Source: Deltaproteobacteria bacterium
Lineage (GTDB): Bacteria > SAR324 > NAC60-12
Assembly: GCA_038150265.1 (NCBI GenBank)
Contig: JAYOTF010000008.1
Span: 1-64,000, forward strand
DNA: 64,000 nt
Direction of reading: 5' to 3'
In this document: positions 19,254 to 29,865 of the stretch, piece after piece
Numbering within the stretch: the stretch's first letter is position 1
Layout of the letters: the number at the start of each line of letters is the position of its first letter
Notes under the pieces: model-generated
Told to the model about the DNA's origin: nothing
Seen by the model: only the letters and a program-made list of their open reading frames with translations
Databases searched by the model: none
Made by a program: the position numbers and the translations under genes

Positions 19254-20560
19254 GCTTGCCCCCGGAGCTGCTTGGCCACCTCAATTTCCGCGTTTTCGAC
19301 CAGCTCCGAGAGCTCATCGACGGTGATCACCATGTTCTTGCGGTCAGGCATGATGGCATAGAGGTACTTGATGAATTCCGGAATCATGGTGATGAAGTTC
19401 TGGTTGCGGTCCATCATGATCTGGCGGGCAACAAAGTGCTCCATCTGTTCGTGAGACATGTGACGCATCACGTTGATGAATTCGGTGGAACACTGTTCCA
19501 GTTCCTTGCTGACATCAGTGGGGTAGAACTGCGAGAAGCGCTTGCGCGACCCGGCGACCCGGGAAAACGTCAGCATGATGATGCACACCACCACGCCGTC
19601 GTACCAGGTGATGTCCCAGAGGTCCATGTAGCCCGCGAGGAAGTACAGGGCGCCCATGATGGACCCCAGGAGCTGGAGGGTCATCCGGACCTTCTCCACC
19701 GCGAGAAACTTGAAGTTGTAGCGCTTTTCCTTGACGAAGAAGCTCAGTCCTTCCGAAAACGGTTTGGTGGCAATGACGACTTCTTCAGCAGAGGCGAGCC
19801 GGTTTTCCAGCTCCATCTCCAGCTGCTTCTTTTTCTCCAGCGCCCGCTGGTTCATCACCTCCTGCATGACGTAGCGGCGCGTGCCCCGCAGCTTCTCTGC
19901 AAGGGGGCCGACGAACTCGTAGGGGTTCTCCTCGTTGAGGGAAGACGCCCGGAATTCAGCCCGCGTGGTCAGGTAGTCGATGACGTCGTCATACATCTTC
20001 TGCATGCTGGGCAGCGGATTGACGCCGGTTTCCTTTTCAATGGTCTGAGCGCGTGCATCCAGCCCCATTTCCTTGCGGATCAGGTTGCCGTAAATTTCGG
20101 CACAGACGTCTGCGTTGGACGCGTTCATCTCCGTCATCTTGATGAACGTCCGGGCCATGATGGACGAGTATCCGGAGAAGCGCTTCTCCTTCATCTCGAC
20201 ATCGGGCTTCTCCATCTTGTAGTAGCCGCTCAGCAGGTAGTCGAGGGCCTTCAGGAAGTAATCGTCGAATTCCTGATTGTTGATGCTCTGGGTGATGAAT
20301 CCGGACCAGCTCAGCGCGGCAAACTTGTCGGTGGCCGGATTCTGCAGGAGCATGTCGATGGCGTCGAGGTAGTACGGAATCTTGTCCTCGTACGTCTCAT
20401 CGTAGACCAGCTTGGAGGTCTCGGACGCGGCAAGCTGGGGATCCAGCTGCTTCTGGAAGCTGACCACCATGCGGGTGGCCAGCTCTTCCACAAAGTTGTC
20501 GGCGACCGGTTCCGGAGTCGGTAAGGTAAAAAGCTCAGGAATTTCGGCTTCATCCACCAT
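19250..20560 (-). CDS. Hypothetical membrane-anchored protein (about 436 aa, coiled coil plus 2 TM near the C-terminus)
   Basis: Long ORF with host-like codon usage between thrS and asnS. Its stop overlaps the asnS ATG (ATGA). Start is ATG 20560 or GTG 20569. Confidence 0.8.
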   Translation of the reverse strand: MVDEAEIPELFTLPTPEPVADNFVEELATRMVVSFQKQLDPQLAASETSKLVYDETYEDKIPYYLDAIDMLLQNPATDKFAALSWSGFITQSINNQEFDDYFLKALDYLLSGYYKMEKPDVEMKEKRFSGYSSIMARTFIKMTEMNASNADVCAEIYGNLIRKEMGLDARAQTIEKETGVNPLPSMQKMYDDVIDYLTTRAEFRASSLNEENPYEFVGPLAEKLRGTRRYVMQEVMNQRALEKKKQLEMELENRLASAEEVVIATKPFSEGLSFFVKEKRYNFKFLAVEKVRMTLQLLGSIMGALYFLAGYMDLWDITWYDGVVVCIIMLTFSRVAGSRKRFSQFYPTDVSKELEQCSTEFINVMRHMSHEQMEHFVARQIMMDRNQNFITMIPEFIKYLYAIMPDRKNMVITVDELSELVENAEIEVAKQLRGQA

Positions 20561-20586
20561 GAGACGCACTCATCGAAAATAGGGGT

Positions 20587-22371
20587 TCACGCGTTGGGAC
20601 GGCGCCAGTCGGCTCGGGTCCGAATCTCCGTCAGCAGGTGCTCACGGAACGATTCGAAGGCCAGAGTCTGCTTGTCTCGGCTTCCGTAACGCTGCCAGGT
20701 AACGGCCTGATTGCTCTGTTCGTCCGCCCCGACAATCAGCAGGTTCGGGATCTTGGACGTGGCGCCATTGCGGATCTTCTTGCCAAAGGAGTCGGCGGAG
20801 TGATCCACCTCGGCCCGGACGAAGTGCCGGGTGAGGTCCGAGGCCAGCTGCTGACCATATTCGGCAAAACCGGGAGCCACCGGAATGATGCGGACCTGAG
20901 TGGGAGCCAGCCAGCTGGGGAAGGCGCCGCCGTAGTGCTCAATCAGGAAGGCACAGAAGCGCTCATGGGTGCCCAGCGGGGCACGGTGGATGATCATCGG
21001 GCGATGCTCCTTGCCATCAGCGCCCTTGTAGGTCAGCCCAAAGCGCTCGGCCATGACCAGGTCCAGCTGGTTGGTGGAGGCGGTTTCCTCACGACCCACC
21101 ACATTGGAGACTTGGAAATCAATTTTCGGGCCATAGAAAGCGGCCTCACCCCGGACGGCTTCATACGGCACCCCGACTTCATCCATGGCCGACATCACAA
21201 TGGTTTCGGCCTGTTCCCAGACACCCGGCTCCGAGACGTACTTCGTCCCGTCCGCTTCGGCAAGCGAGAGGCGCATCCAGAAGTCGGTGAGTCCAAAGTG
21301 CTCGTAGTACTGGGTGTGGAGCTGAATGACGTTGATGAACTCTTCCCGGGCCTGCTCAGGGGTGCAGTAGATGTGGGCATCGTTCATGGTCATGCCCCGA
21401 ACACGGAGGAGCCCGGCCAGCTCGCCAGACTGTTCGTAGCGGTAGCAGGTGCCATATTCGGCAAAGCGGACCGGCAGCTCACGGTAGCTCCGGGGCTGGG
21501 CCTTGAAGATCATGTGGTGGTGCGGGCAGTTCATGGGCTTGAGGTAGAGCTGCTCGCCATCGACATCCATCGGCGGAAACATGCTGTCTGCGTAGTACGG
21601 CAGGTGTCCGGACGTGTGGTAGAGGTCTTCCTTGGTGATGTGTGGCGTGGCCACCCGCTGGTAGCCCGCGAGGAACTCCTGCTCCTTGGCAAACTTCTCC
21701 AGCTCATCCCGGATGACGGTGCCGTTCGGCATCCACAGGGGAAGGCCCTTGCCGACTTCATCCTCAATCACAAAGTAGTGCTGAGTCGTGTTGAGCTTGC
21801 GGTGGTCTCGCTCCATGGCCAGCCGGCGCTTCTCCTTGAACTCCTGCAGCTCCGCCTTGCTGGAAAACGCGAGCCCGTACACGCGCTGGAGCATCTTGTT
21901 GTCTTCCGACCCCTTCCAGTAGGCGCCAGCAAGGGAGTCGAGGCTGAAGCAATCGGCCGGGATCTCCTTGGTGTTTTCCACATGCGGGCCTTCGCAGAGG
22001 TCCCAGAAGGGGCCGTTGCGGTAGAGGGTCAGCTCTTCGCCCTGCGCCGCGAGCTCTTCGACCTGCTCCACCTTGAAGTCCTGTCCGGTGCTTGCGAGCC
22101 GGGACTTCATGTCCTCCGGAGTGAGGGTCTCGCACTCAAAGACCTGTCCGGAGTTGATGATCTTGCGCATGCGCTTTTCAATGGCCGGAAAGTCCTCCTG
22201 GGTCAGAGGCTCCTCCAGATCGAAGTCGTAGTAGAACCCATTCTGAATGGGGGGGCCGAAGCCCAGCTTGGCGTTGGGACGCAGTTCCAGAACCGCCTGA
22301 GCCAGGACGTGAGCGAGGCTGTGGCGCAGGCGATAGATTTCGGAATTCGGATCAAGGGTGTTGCGTGACAT
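20587..22371 (-). CDS. thrS: Threonine--tRNA ligase (short form without N-terminal TGS domain)
   Basis: RHSLAHVLAQAV, DLCEGPH, RDHRKL, LKPMNCPHH and AAFYGPKID. Confidence 0.97.
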   Translation of the reverse strand: MSRNTLDPNSEIYRLRHSLAHVLAQAVLELRPNAKLGFGPPIQNGFYYDFDLEEPLTQEDFPAIEKRMRKIINSGQVFECETLTPEDMKSRLASTGQDFKVEQVEELAAQGEELTLYRNGPFWDLCEGPHVENTKEIPADCFSLDSLAGAYWKGSEDNKMLQRVYGLAFSSKAELQEFKEKRRLAMERDHRKLNTTQHYFVIEDEVGKGLPLWMPNGTVIRDELEKFAKEQEFLAGYQRVATPHITKEDLYHTSGHLPYYADSMFPPMDVDGEQLYLKPMNCPHHHMIFKAQPRSYRELPVRFAEYGTCYRYEQSGELAGLLRVRGMTMNDAHIYCTPEQAREEFINVIQLHTQYYEHFGLTDFWMRLSLAEADGTKYVSEPGVWEQAETIVMSAMDEVGVPYEAVRGEAAFYGPKIDFQVSNVVGREETASTNQLDLVMAERFGLTYKGADGKEHRPMIIHRAPLGTHERFCAFLIEHYGGAFPSWLAPTQVRIIPVAPGFAEYGQQLASDLTRHFVRAEVDHSADSFGKKIRNGATSKIPNLLIVGADEQSNQAVTWQRYGSRDKQTLAFESFREHLLTEIRTRADWRRPNA

Positions 22372-22416
22372 ACTTCAGCACGTGAGACAAAAGAAAAGGG
22401 ATCAACAGAAAGAACG

Positions 22417-24819
22417 TTATTGAGCCGGAGTGGGCTCTGGAGGCTCAGCCGCTGGCGCCAGGTCTTCGGCCTCTGCCTTCTGGCCACGAAGCAGCGCCGG
22501 ATGCGTCTCCAGTGCCATTTCCAGCGCCTCGGTCAGGTTCCGGATGGCATGCAGCTCCAGGCCTCCTTTGATTTCATGAGGGATGTCCGCGAGGTCCTTC
22601 TCATTTTCAACAGGGTGCAGGACCTGGCTGAGGCCTCCGCGTTTGGCCGCCAGGAGCTTCTCCTTGAGGCCTCCGATTTCGGTGACGTGTCCCCGGAGGG
22701 TGATCTCTCCGGTCATGGCAACATCGTGCCGGACGGGAATCTTGGTGAAGGCGCTGATGATCGCAATGGTCAGCGGCAGGCCGGCCGAGGGGCCATCCTT
22801 GGGGGTGGCTCCTTCCGGAAGGTGCAGGTGCAGGTCGCTCTTGGCAAACAGCTCGGGGTTGATGCCCAGGTAGTCTGCATTGCTCCGGACGTAAGAATAC
22901 GCAGCCTGTGCCGACTCCTGCATGACATCCCCCAGCTTGCCGGTGAGCTGGATCTTTCCGGTGCCAGGCATCAGGGCGGCTTCAATGAGCATCAGCTCGC
23001 CGCCAAAGGAGGTGACGCCGAGGCCCATGGCCACTCCGACTTCATTGGCCTCTTCCTTGGAGTCGTGCTGGAACGGGGGCACCCCAAGCAGCTCACCCAC
23101 GAGCTTGGGGGTGACGATCATGGTCTTGTCTTCCTGACTCTTCACCAGGCGGGTGACAACCTTTCGGCAGATCTTGCCGACTTCACGCTCCAGGTTCCGG
23201 ACCCCGGCTTCTCGGGTGTAGTGCTGGATGATCTCCTGAATGGCAGACTTCCGGAAGCGGATGCGCTCAGGTGTGAGGCCATGCTGCTCGCACTGGCGGG
23301 CAATGAGGAAGTTTTCGGTGATGTGCTGCTTCTCCAGCTCGGTGTAGCCGGAGAGCTGAATCAGCTCCATGCGGTCCAGCAGCGGTCCCGGAATGCTCTG
23401 AACCGAGTTGGCGGTGCAGAGGAAGAGGACGTCGGAGAGGTCATACTCCACCTCAAGGTAGTGGTCGCTGAACGTGGCATTCTGCTCCGGATCCAGCACC
23501 TCCAGCATGGCGGCTGACGGGTCGCTGATGGAGCTCTGGTAGAGCTTGTCGATCTCGTCGATGAGCATCACGGGGTTGCTGCTCTTGCCCTTGCGGAGCG
23601 ACTGCACAATCTTGCCTGGCATGGCGCCAATGTACGTCCGGCGGTGTCCGCGGATTTCCGCCTCATCCCGGACCCCTCCGAGGCTGATGCGGACAAACTT
23701 GCGTCCAAGCGCCCGTGCCACCGATTTGGCCAGGGAGGTCTTTCCCACACCAGGAGGGCCCACGAGGCAGAGGATGGGCCCCTTGAGCTTGCCCTTGAGG
23801 TGCGCCACCGCGATGTACTCGACAATGCGTTCCTTGACCTTCTCCAGGCCGTAGTGGTCTTCATCAAGCACCTGCTGAGCCTTGTCGAGGTCGAAGTTGT
23901 CCTCCGTCCGGACCTGCCACGGCATCGACACCAGCCAGTCCAGGTAGTTCCGGACCACATTGGCTTCAGACGACATGGGAGACATCATGCGCAGCTTCTT
24001 CAGCTCCTTTTCCGCCTCCTCGCGGGCTTCCGGAGGCATCTGGCTTTTGGCAATCTGCTCTGCCAGCTCATCGGCTTCCGAACGCATGTCGTCACTTTGG
24101 CCAAGCTCCTTCTGGATGGAGCGAAGCTGCTCCTGAAGGTAGTCCTCCTTCTGGGTTTGGCTGATCTGCTTCTGGGCTTGCTGCCGGACCTCTTCTTCGA
24201 GGGACTGAACCTCCATCTCTTCTTCAAGCAGCGAGGCGATCTGTTCCAACCGAACCTGCGGATCGGTCAGGTTCAGGAGCTTCTGCTTGTCCTCTCGGGA
24301 AATTTCCAGGGCCGAGGCAATGAGGTCTGCCAGGGACTCGAGCTCCACCTTGTCGAGGTTCTTGAGCAGTTCGGTCCGAGTCTTCTTCTTGCTTTGCTTG
24401 AGGTGCCGCATGAAGAGCTCCCGGGCTCGCTGGGCCGAGGCTTCCAGTTTTTCGGGCTCAGCGATGGTTTCTTCCAGGGGCTGAATCTGCGCCAGGTATT
24501 CGTCTCGCAGCCGGGCGCCCAGCAGCTGTGCGCGCTGCTCTCCTTCAAAGAGCGCCTTGACAGTGCCATTCGGGAGTCGCATGACCTGCAGGACCTTCCC
24601 GAGCACCCCCACTTCATGGAGGTCTGCCAGCTGAGGCTCCTCGACGGAGGAGTCCCGCTGCGTGACCACGAAGATCTTGCGGTCGCCATTGAGCGCGCGT
24701 TCCAGAGCTTCCATCGACGCCTTGCGTCCGACAAAAAACGGGGTGGTGCTCTGTGGAAACACGACCTCCTCGCGCATGGGCAGGAGGGGCAACACTTGGG
24801 GTTTGGTTGAGTCTGTCAT
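22417..24819 (-). CDS. lon: Lon protease
   Basis: LON N-domain, Walker A GPPGVGKTS, RRTYIGAMPG and catalytic PKDGPSAG / GGLKEK. Confidence 0.97.
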   Translation of the reverse strand: MTDSTKPQVLPLLPMREEVVFPQSTTPFFVGRKASMEALERALNGDRKIFVVTQRDSSVEEPQLADLHEVGVLGKVLQVMRLPNGTVKALFEGEQRAQLLGARLRDEYLAQIQPLEETIAEPEKLEASAQRARELFMRHLKQSKKKTRTELLKNLDKVELESLADLIASALEISREDKQKLLNLTDPQVRLEQIASLLEEEMEVQSLEEEVRQQAQKQISQTQKEDYLQEQLRSIQKELGQSDDMRSEADELAEQIAKSQMPPEAREEAEKELKKLRMMSPMSSEANVVRNYLDWLVSMPWQVRTEDNFDLDKAQQVLDEDHYGLEKVKERIVEYIAVAHLKGKLKGPILCLVGPPGVGKTSLAKSVARALGRKFVRISLGGVRDEAEIRGHRRTYIGAMPGKIVQSLRKGKSSNPVMLIDEIDKLYQSSISDPSAAMLEVLDPEQNATFSDHYLEVEYDLSDVLFLCTANSVQSIPGPLLDRMELIQLSGYTELEKQHITENFLIARQCEQHGLTPERIRFRKSAIQEIIQHYTREAGVRNLEREVGKICRKVVTRLVKSQEDKTMIVTPKLVGELLGVPPFQHDSKEEANEVGVAMGLGVTSFGGELMLIEAALMPGTGKIQLTGKLGDVMQESAQAAYSYVRSNADYLGINPELFAKSDLHLHLPEGATPKDGPSAGLPLTIAIISAFTKIPVRHDVAMTGEITLRGHVTEIGGLKEKLLAAKRGGLSQVLHPVENEKDLADIPHEIKGGLELHAIRNLTEALEMALETHPALLRGQKAEAEDLAPAAEPPEPTPAQ

Positions 24820-24840
24820 GGGAGTTGTCGCAAAAAAACG

Positions 24841-26070
24841 TTAGCTGGCTACCGGTTCCGCCTGAGACGGAAGGTCGCGCTTGCGGGGGTTCGGGAAGAA
24901 GAAGGTGCCCCAGAGGAAGAGGACTTCCAGAACCGCGACCCCGATGAGGAGCCAGGAGAAGTGCTGCCGGTACAGGGCGCCTGCCAGGGCGGCCCCGACA
25001 AAGTGTCCGGAAAACTGCGAGAGGTTGTAGACGCCACTGGCGGTGCCCTTGGTGTCGGCGGTGGTGAGCTTGGTCACCAGCGAGGGAAAGAGGGGTTCAA
25101 AGACGTTGAAGCCCATGAAGAAGAGCATCATGGCCAAAATCACACCAGCGCTGTCGGGATGTTCCCACGACCACGCCAAGGCGCCCAGTGAACCGAGCAG
25201 GAAGAGGTTCCCCACCAGCATCACCTCCCGGAAGCGGTTGCGCGTCTCGGCCACAATCGCGGCAGGGATCATGGTGCAGGCGCCTGCCACGAGCATGGGC
25301 AGGTAGATCTGCCAGAGGTCTCCGTGTTCCCAGCCCAGGGTGACCAGCCGGAGCGGGATGAGGAAGAACATGGCCGAGAGTCCGGTGCTGCACACGAACG
25401 CCCCCCAGTCGATCGTCCGGAGGGGACGGATGGCCCAGACGCGCCCCAGGCCTTCGCGCAGAGACAGCTGCGAGGGCTGAGGAGGCTGTTCCGGATTGGG
25501 AATGCCCCAGTGCAGAATCAGCAGGCTGGCGACGCCCATCAGGGCCATGAGCCAGAAGATGCCGGAGAGGCCGAGGGCGTCTGCAAGCAGCGGCGCCGCC
25601 ACAAAGGCGATGCCAAAGGCCAGGCCGATGCTGGCGCCGAGCCCTGCGTTTGCACGGGTCCGGACCTCGTCTCGGGTGAGGTCGGCAATGAGGGCAAAGA
25701 TGGCTGAGCTGATGGCCCCGGCTCCCTGCAGCAGGCGAGCGATGATCATCACGGTGGCACTCTCTGCCAGCGCCCCAAGGATGCTTCCGGCAATGAAGAA
25801 CACCAGCCCCAGGGCAATCACGGGCTTGCGGCCAATGCGGTCGCTCCAGGCGCCCATGGGGATCTGCAGAATGGCCTGTGCGAGTCCGTATCCTCCAAAG
25901 GCGAGCCCAATCAACGCCGGAGTGGCGCCGTCCAGCTCCTGGGCCAGCACACTGAAGACGGGCAGCAGCAGAAACAGGCCACACATGCGAAAGAAGAGGA
26001 TCCCGCTGAGCCCGTAGATGCTGCGTTTTTCCAGAGAGGTGAACAGGGTCTTCTTGCGGGACTTCGCCAT
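24841..26070 (-). CDS. MFS transporter (YajR-like)
   Basis: 12 TM segments, motif A GAWSDRIGRKP and RLLQGAGAI. Confidence 0.9.
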   Translation of the reverse strand: MAKSRKKTLFTSLEKRSIYGLSGILFFRMCGLFLLLPVFSVLAQELDGATPALIGLAFGGYGLAQAILQIPMGAWSDRIGRKPVIALGLVFFIAGSILGALAESATVMIIARLLQGAGAISSAIFALIADLTRDEVRTRANAGLGASIGLAFGIAFVAAPLLADALGLSGIFWLMALMGVASLLILHWGIPNPEQPPQPSQLSLREGLGRVWAIRPLRTIDWGAFVCSTGLSAMFFLIPLRLVTLGWEHGDLWQIYLPMLVAGACTMIPAAIVAETRNRFREVMLVGNLFLLGSLGALAWSWEHPDSAGVILAMMLFFMGFNVFEPLFPSLVTKLTTADTKGTASGVYNLSQFSGHFVGAALAGALYRQHFSWLLIGVAVLEVLFLWGTFFFPNPRKRDLPSQAEPVAS

Positions 26071-26095
26071 GAATCAGGATGCCGGAAATGAAGAA

Positions 26096-26653
26096 TTAGG
26101 CCGCATCAATCGGCCAGTGGTACAGGATCAGGTAGACGAAGACCCCGGTGACCGAGACATAGAGCCACACCGGGTAGGTCCACCGGGCGATGCGCTTGTG
26201 AAAGGGAAACCGTTCGGTTCCTGCAAAGAACAGCGTCATCAGAATCATCGGCAGTACCACCGCTGACAGCACCACGTGGCTGATGAGGATGAAGAAGTAC
26301 ACCGTCCGGATGAGCCCCTCGCCCTGAAAGCGAGTATCCCCATGCACCGCGTGGTAAAACAGGTATCCTACCAAAAACAGTGCCGAAAAAGCGACTGCCG
26401 AAAGCATGAACCGAATATGAACCGTCCGGTTGCCTGATTTGATGGCCCGGATGCCGAACACAATGCAGAGCGCGCTGAGCCCGTTCATGAAGGAATTCAG
26501 AGCCGGCATGAAGGTGAGGTCCCAGCTCATCTCGCTTGCAGCAGCTTCTGGCTCCCGGAGGTAGAGCAGCCAGAGCAGAAAGGCAAAGATCACCACACTC
26601 AGAGCAAGCACTCCGGAGGTGGCGGTACGGTTGGAGACGGTCGAGTTAGGCAT
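26096..26653 (-). CDS. DUF420 family membrane protein (CtaM/YozB-like, cytochrome oxidase assembly associated)
   Basis: HIRFM, YFFILISH and HKRIARWTYPVWLYVSVTG. Confidence 0.88.
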   Translation of the reverse strand: MPNSTVSNRTATSGVLALSVVIFAFLLWLLYLREPEAAASEMSWDLTFMPALNSFMNGLSALCIVFGIRAIKSGNRTVHIRFMLSAVAFSALFLVGYLFYHAVHGDTRFQGEGLIRTVYFFILISHVVLSAVVLPMILMTLFFAGTERFPFHKRIARWTYPVWLYVSVTGVFVYLILYHWPIDAA

Positions 26654-26662
26654 CGTTGGAAG

Positions 26663-27646
26663 TCAGGTAGTTTGATTGACAGAAGCAAACGTGGGGTGCC
26701 GGGCGGGCTCTGGCTGCGGCGAGCGCAGCATCAGCAACGCCCAGCTTTCGGCACAGACCAGCACCGTGCTGAAACCGGTGTGCAGCAGCTGCAGGGGCCA
26801 GGGCACTCCGCCGTACACCATGGCCACGCCCATGAGGACCTGCAGCATGATGACGCCCAGGATGAAGGCGGCCACCCGTTGGAGGGTCTGGGGAGCCTGG
26901 TGCTTGCGGAGTTGCCACACCAGCATCACGCTGGCGGCAATGATGACCCACGAAAAGCTGCGGTGGATGTGGTCAATCCAGCCCAACTCCTCCACCCAGT
27001 TGGCTCGAGCCAGCTCTGGGAAGGATCGGTGGATCTCGCCAAGGGCTTCCCGGACCTGAGACCCCAGGATGACCTGCAGGAGCGTGGCCCCATACAGCAC
27101 CCAGCCAATGCGGCGCAGCTTCGCCTTGAGGGCGTCATCCAACTCGATGCGCCAGTGCTCTTCATTGGCAAGGAAGGTGATGTAGAGCAGCAGGCTCACC
27201 AGCAGCACGGCGCCAAACATGTGGGCCGTGATCATGCCCTGGTGCAGCTCCGAACGCACCACCAGCGCTCCCAGCCAGCCCTCAAATCCCACCAGCAGCA
27301 AGGACCCGAACGCCCCCCAGAAGATCGACGGACGTGTCTTCCGGTAGGCAAAAGATGCCACAAAGGTCGCGGTGATGAGCAGGCCGATGGTGACACCGAT
27401 CAGGCGGTTGATGTACTCGGTCCACATCTTGACCGGGTTGAACAGCGACAGGTCATAACGGGTCGCATCAATTTGGGAAACATCTGAAGGCGGCCACCAG
27501 CTTCCCCAGCAATGAGGCCAGTCCGGACACCCCAGTCCTGCCCCGGAGGCCCGAACCAGTCCCCCGACAAAGACCAGAAACAAGGTGGCCAAAACCGTGG
27601 CAATGGCCAATTTTTGAAACGCGTTCAACTCAGATGAGGTCTGCAT
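26663..27646 (-). CDS. ctaA: Heme A synthase (COX15/CtaA)
   Basis: GAGLGCPDWPHC, EYINRL and conserved His in ITAHM, HIHRS and QLLH. Start moved to ATG 27646. Confidence 0.9.
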   Translation of the reverse strand: MQTSSELNAFQKLAIATVLATLFLVFVGGLVRASGAGLGCPDWPHCWGSWWPPSDVSQIDATRYDLSLFNPVKMWTEYINRLIGVTIGLLITATFVASFAYRKTRPSIFWGAFGSLLLVGFEGWLGALVVRSELHQGMITAHMFGAVLLVSLLLYITFLANEEHWRIELDDALKAKLRRIGWVLYGATLLQVILGSQVREALGEIHRSFPELARANWVEELGWIDHIHRSFSWVIIAASVMLVWQLRKHQAPQTLQRVAAFILGVIMLQVLMGVAMVYGGVPWPLQLLHTGFSTVLVCAESWALLMLRSPQPEPARHPTFASVNQTT

Positions 27647-27977
27647 GGAACGATCCTGAAAATTGGGAGAATAGGGTCCTCGAAAAAGGATTCCAAAAAT
27701 GAGCCGAATCACAAGCTTTATGCGGGTTTACGCCCGGGGAAGACCCCTGCTGGAGACCGGGAAAATGCGGGCGGAAAAGGCGGGCCGGCGCTGAGTTGCT
27801 CTTGCCGAAGAACGACGTCTCCTGAGGGCTCAACGTGGAAACCTGTTGCCGACACGGAGCGATGCTGCGATGCTACTCCCGGCGAAGGCGCTTCCATGGG
27901 GAAGGGCCGATACATTTCAGAACCTGCCGGATGTCAGCGTGGAAATCGCCTCCGGCTTACTTCCACAAGAGGTCTTG

Positions 27978-28676
27978 ATGAGCAACCTACTGTTTTCTCT
28001 GCCAGAACCGCCTTCTGTTGCTGTGCAGGGCGAAACGCAGCGTTACCCGGTGTACCGCATTTTCTGCGTGGGACGCAACTACGCTGCCCATGCAGCGGAG
28101 ATGGGAGCCGAAGTGGACCGAGAGGCTCCGTTTTACTTCACCAAGTCGGCCAGAGCCATTGCTCACTCTGGCGACTCCGCCCCCTACCCTCCGGGCACGG
28201 AAAACTTCCACTATGAGCTGGAGCTGGTGGTGGCGCTGGGGAAGCCGGTTTTCCGGGCCAGTGTGGAAGAAGCCGCAACCGCGGTGTATGGCTACGCTTG
28301 TGGGCTGGACATGACGCGACGGGACCTGCAGATCAAGGAACGCAACAAGCAGCGCCCCTGGGACCTGGGCAAGGATGTGGAGCATTCGGCGGTCATGACG
28401 TCCATCACCAAGGCCGACGCGTTTGGCGCCATCGGTGATCAGCGCATCTGCCTGAAGGTGGGAGAGGAGATCAAGCAGGATGCGCGGCTGAGCGACCTCG
28501 TTTGGTCGGTCCCGGAGGTCATCAGCCACCTTTCCGGCTACTACCACCTCCAGCCCGGTGACCTGATCTACACCGGAACGCCCGCCGGCGTGGGCCCGGT
28601 TCAGCCGGGAGATGTCCTGCAGGGCACAATTGACGGCCTGGACCCGCTGCAGTTCACGATCACGGATCCGGAGTAG
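27978..28676 (+). CDS. Fumarylacetoacetate hydrolase family protein (fumarylpyruvate hydrolase-like)
   Basis: IFCVGRNYAAHA, HYELEL, LDMTRRDLQ and GDLIYTGTPAGVG. Start moved to ATG 27978. Confidence 0.9.
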   Translation: MSNLLFSLPEPPSVAVQGETQRYPVYRIFCVGRNYAAHAAEMGAEVDREAPFYFTKSARAIAHSGDSAPYPPGTENFHYELELVVALGKPVFRASVEEAATAVYGYACGLDMTRRDLQIKERNKQRPWDLGKDVEHSAVMTSITKADAFGAIGDQRICLKVGEEIKQDARLSDLVWSVPEVISHLSGYYHLQPGDLIYTGTPAGVGPVQPGDVLQGTIDGLDPLQFTITDPE

Positions 28677-28691
28677 GCCCTGCGGCGGAGG

Positions 28692-29735
28692 TCACACGGA
28701 GGGACCCGCCTTGCCGGCTTCCACAAAGGCGAGGACGTTTTCGAAGGGAGAGCGTTCAAGCAGACCGTGGCTGAGGTTGAGGATGTGGTGGGTCCCTCCG
28801 CCGGCTTTCAGGCAGGCCTGGACGGCTGCTCGGACCTGTTCGGGAGTGCCATCTGCCAGGATGGTGTTGTCCACATTGCCCTGAAAGACCATCTCCGGCG
28901 CCTGCTGCTTCGCGGCCTCAAGGTCCACGCAGTGCCCCACGCTGAGCGCCTGGGCTCCGGATGCCAGCATCAGGTCGAGGTGTGGGCATTCCTTGGCAAA
29001 CAGCAGGGTCGGTCCCTGATCGGCAAGTGCCTGGAAGATGCGCTGGTGCGTCGGCAGGGCGAGGGCTTCATACAGCTCCCGAGGCAGCACATCGGCAAAT
29101 GACTCAAACAGCTGCACCGCCTGGGCTCCGGACTCCAGCTGATAGCGGAGGTAGTCGATGGTGAGGTCGGTGAGGGTGTCCAGGAGCGCCTGAGTGACCT
29201 CCGGCTCCTCGACCAGGAAGCGCAACACGGCTCCGGGGTCGCGGTTGGGGCTTCCGCCGGCAATGAGGAAGAACGCCAGGGTAACGGGGGCACCCGCAAA
29301 TCCAAGCACCGGCAGGGCGCCGTCCAGCCGGTGGTGCAGGCCCTGAAGGATCGCGCCAACATGCGGGAGGTCCCGGGCCGAGTTCAGGGGCCGGAGGGCT
29401 CGGACCTGCTCCAGCGTCCGGATGGGCGCCTCGAGCTGCGGACCCGGCCGGAAGTAAAAGGGCGCGCCGATGGGCGTCAGCGGGGTGAGGATGTCCTGAA
29501 ACATGATGATCGCATCAACCCCAAAACGCTGGGGCAGCAGCGAGATCTCAATGGAACGCTCGACATCGGCAAACAGCGCTTCAAGCGCCCGCCCATCCTC
29601 TGCCCGCAGACGACGGTACTCCGGATCGGTGCGTCCGGCCTGACGCATCATCCAAACGGGCACCCGAGGAACCGGCTGGCGCTGGAGGACACGGAGGATC
29701 AGGTCATTTTTCAGAGGGGGCGGTTGAAAGGGCAT
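28692..29735 (-). CDS. hemE: Uroporphyrinogen decarboxylase
   Basis: PVWMMRQAGR, DAIIMFQDIL, GFAGAP, QGNVD and NLSHG. Confidence 0.93.
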   Translation of the reverse strand: MPFQPPPLKNDLILRVLQRQPVPRVPVWMMRQAGRTDPEYRRLRAEDGRALEALFADVERSIEISLLPQRFGVDAIIMFQDILTPLTPIGAPFYFRPGPQLEAPIRTLEQVRALRPLNSARDLPHVGAILQGLHHRLDGALPVLGFAGAPVTLAFFLIAGGSPNRDPGAVLRFLVEEPEVTQALLDTLTDLTIDYLRYQLESGAQAVQLFESFADVLPRELYEALALPTHQRIFQALADQGPTLLFAKECPHLDLMLASGAQALSVGHCVDLEAAKQQAPEMVFQGNVDNTILADGTPEQVRAAVQACLKAGGGTHHILNLSHGLLERSPFENVLAFVEAGKAGPSV

Positions 29736-29865
29736 GAGGGCTTCTTCTGGTTGCAAGGGGGCCGTGGCCAGTCCGGTAACTGGCAGCCGGCAGAGGGAAT
29801 TTGACTGTTCACAGCGATTATCCTAAACCCATACGATCGACTTCAAAACCATTTTCTGAAGAGTT

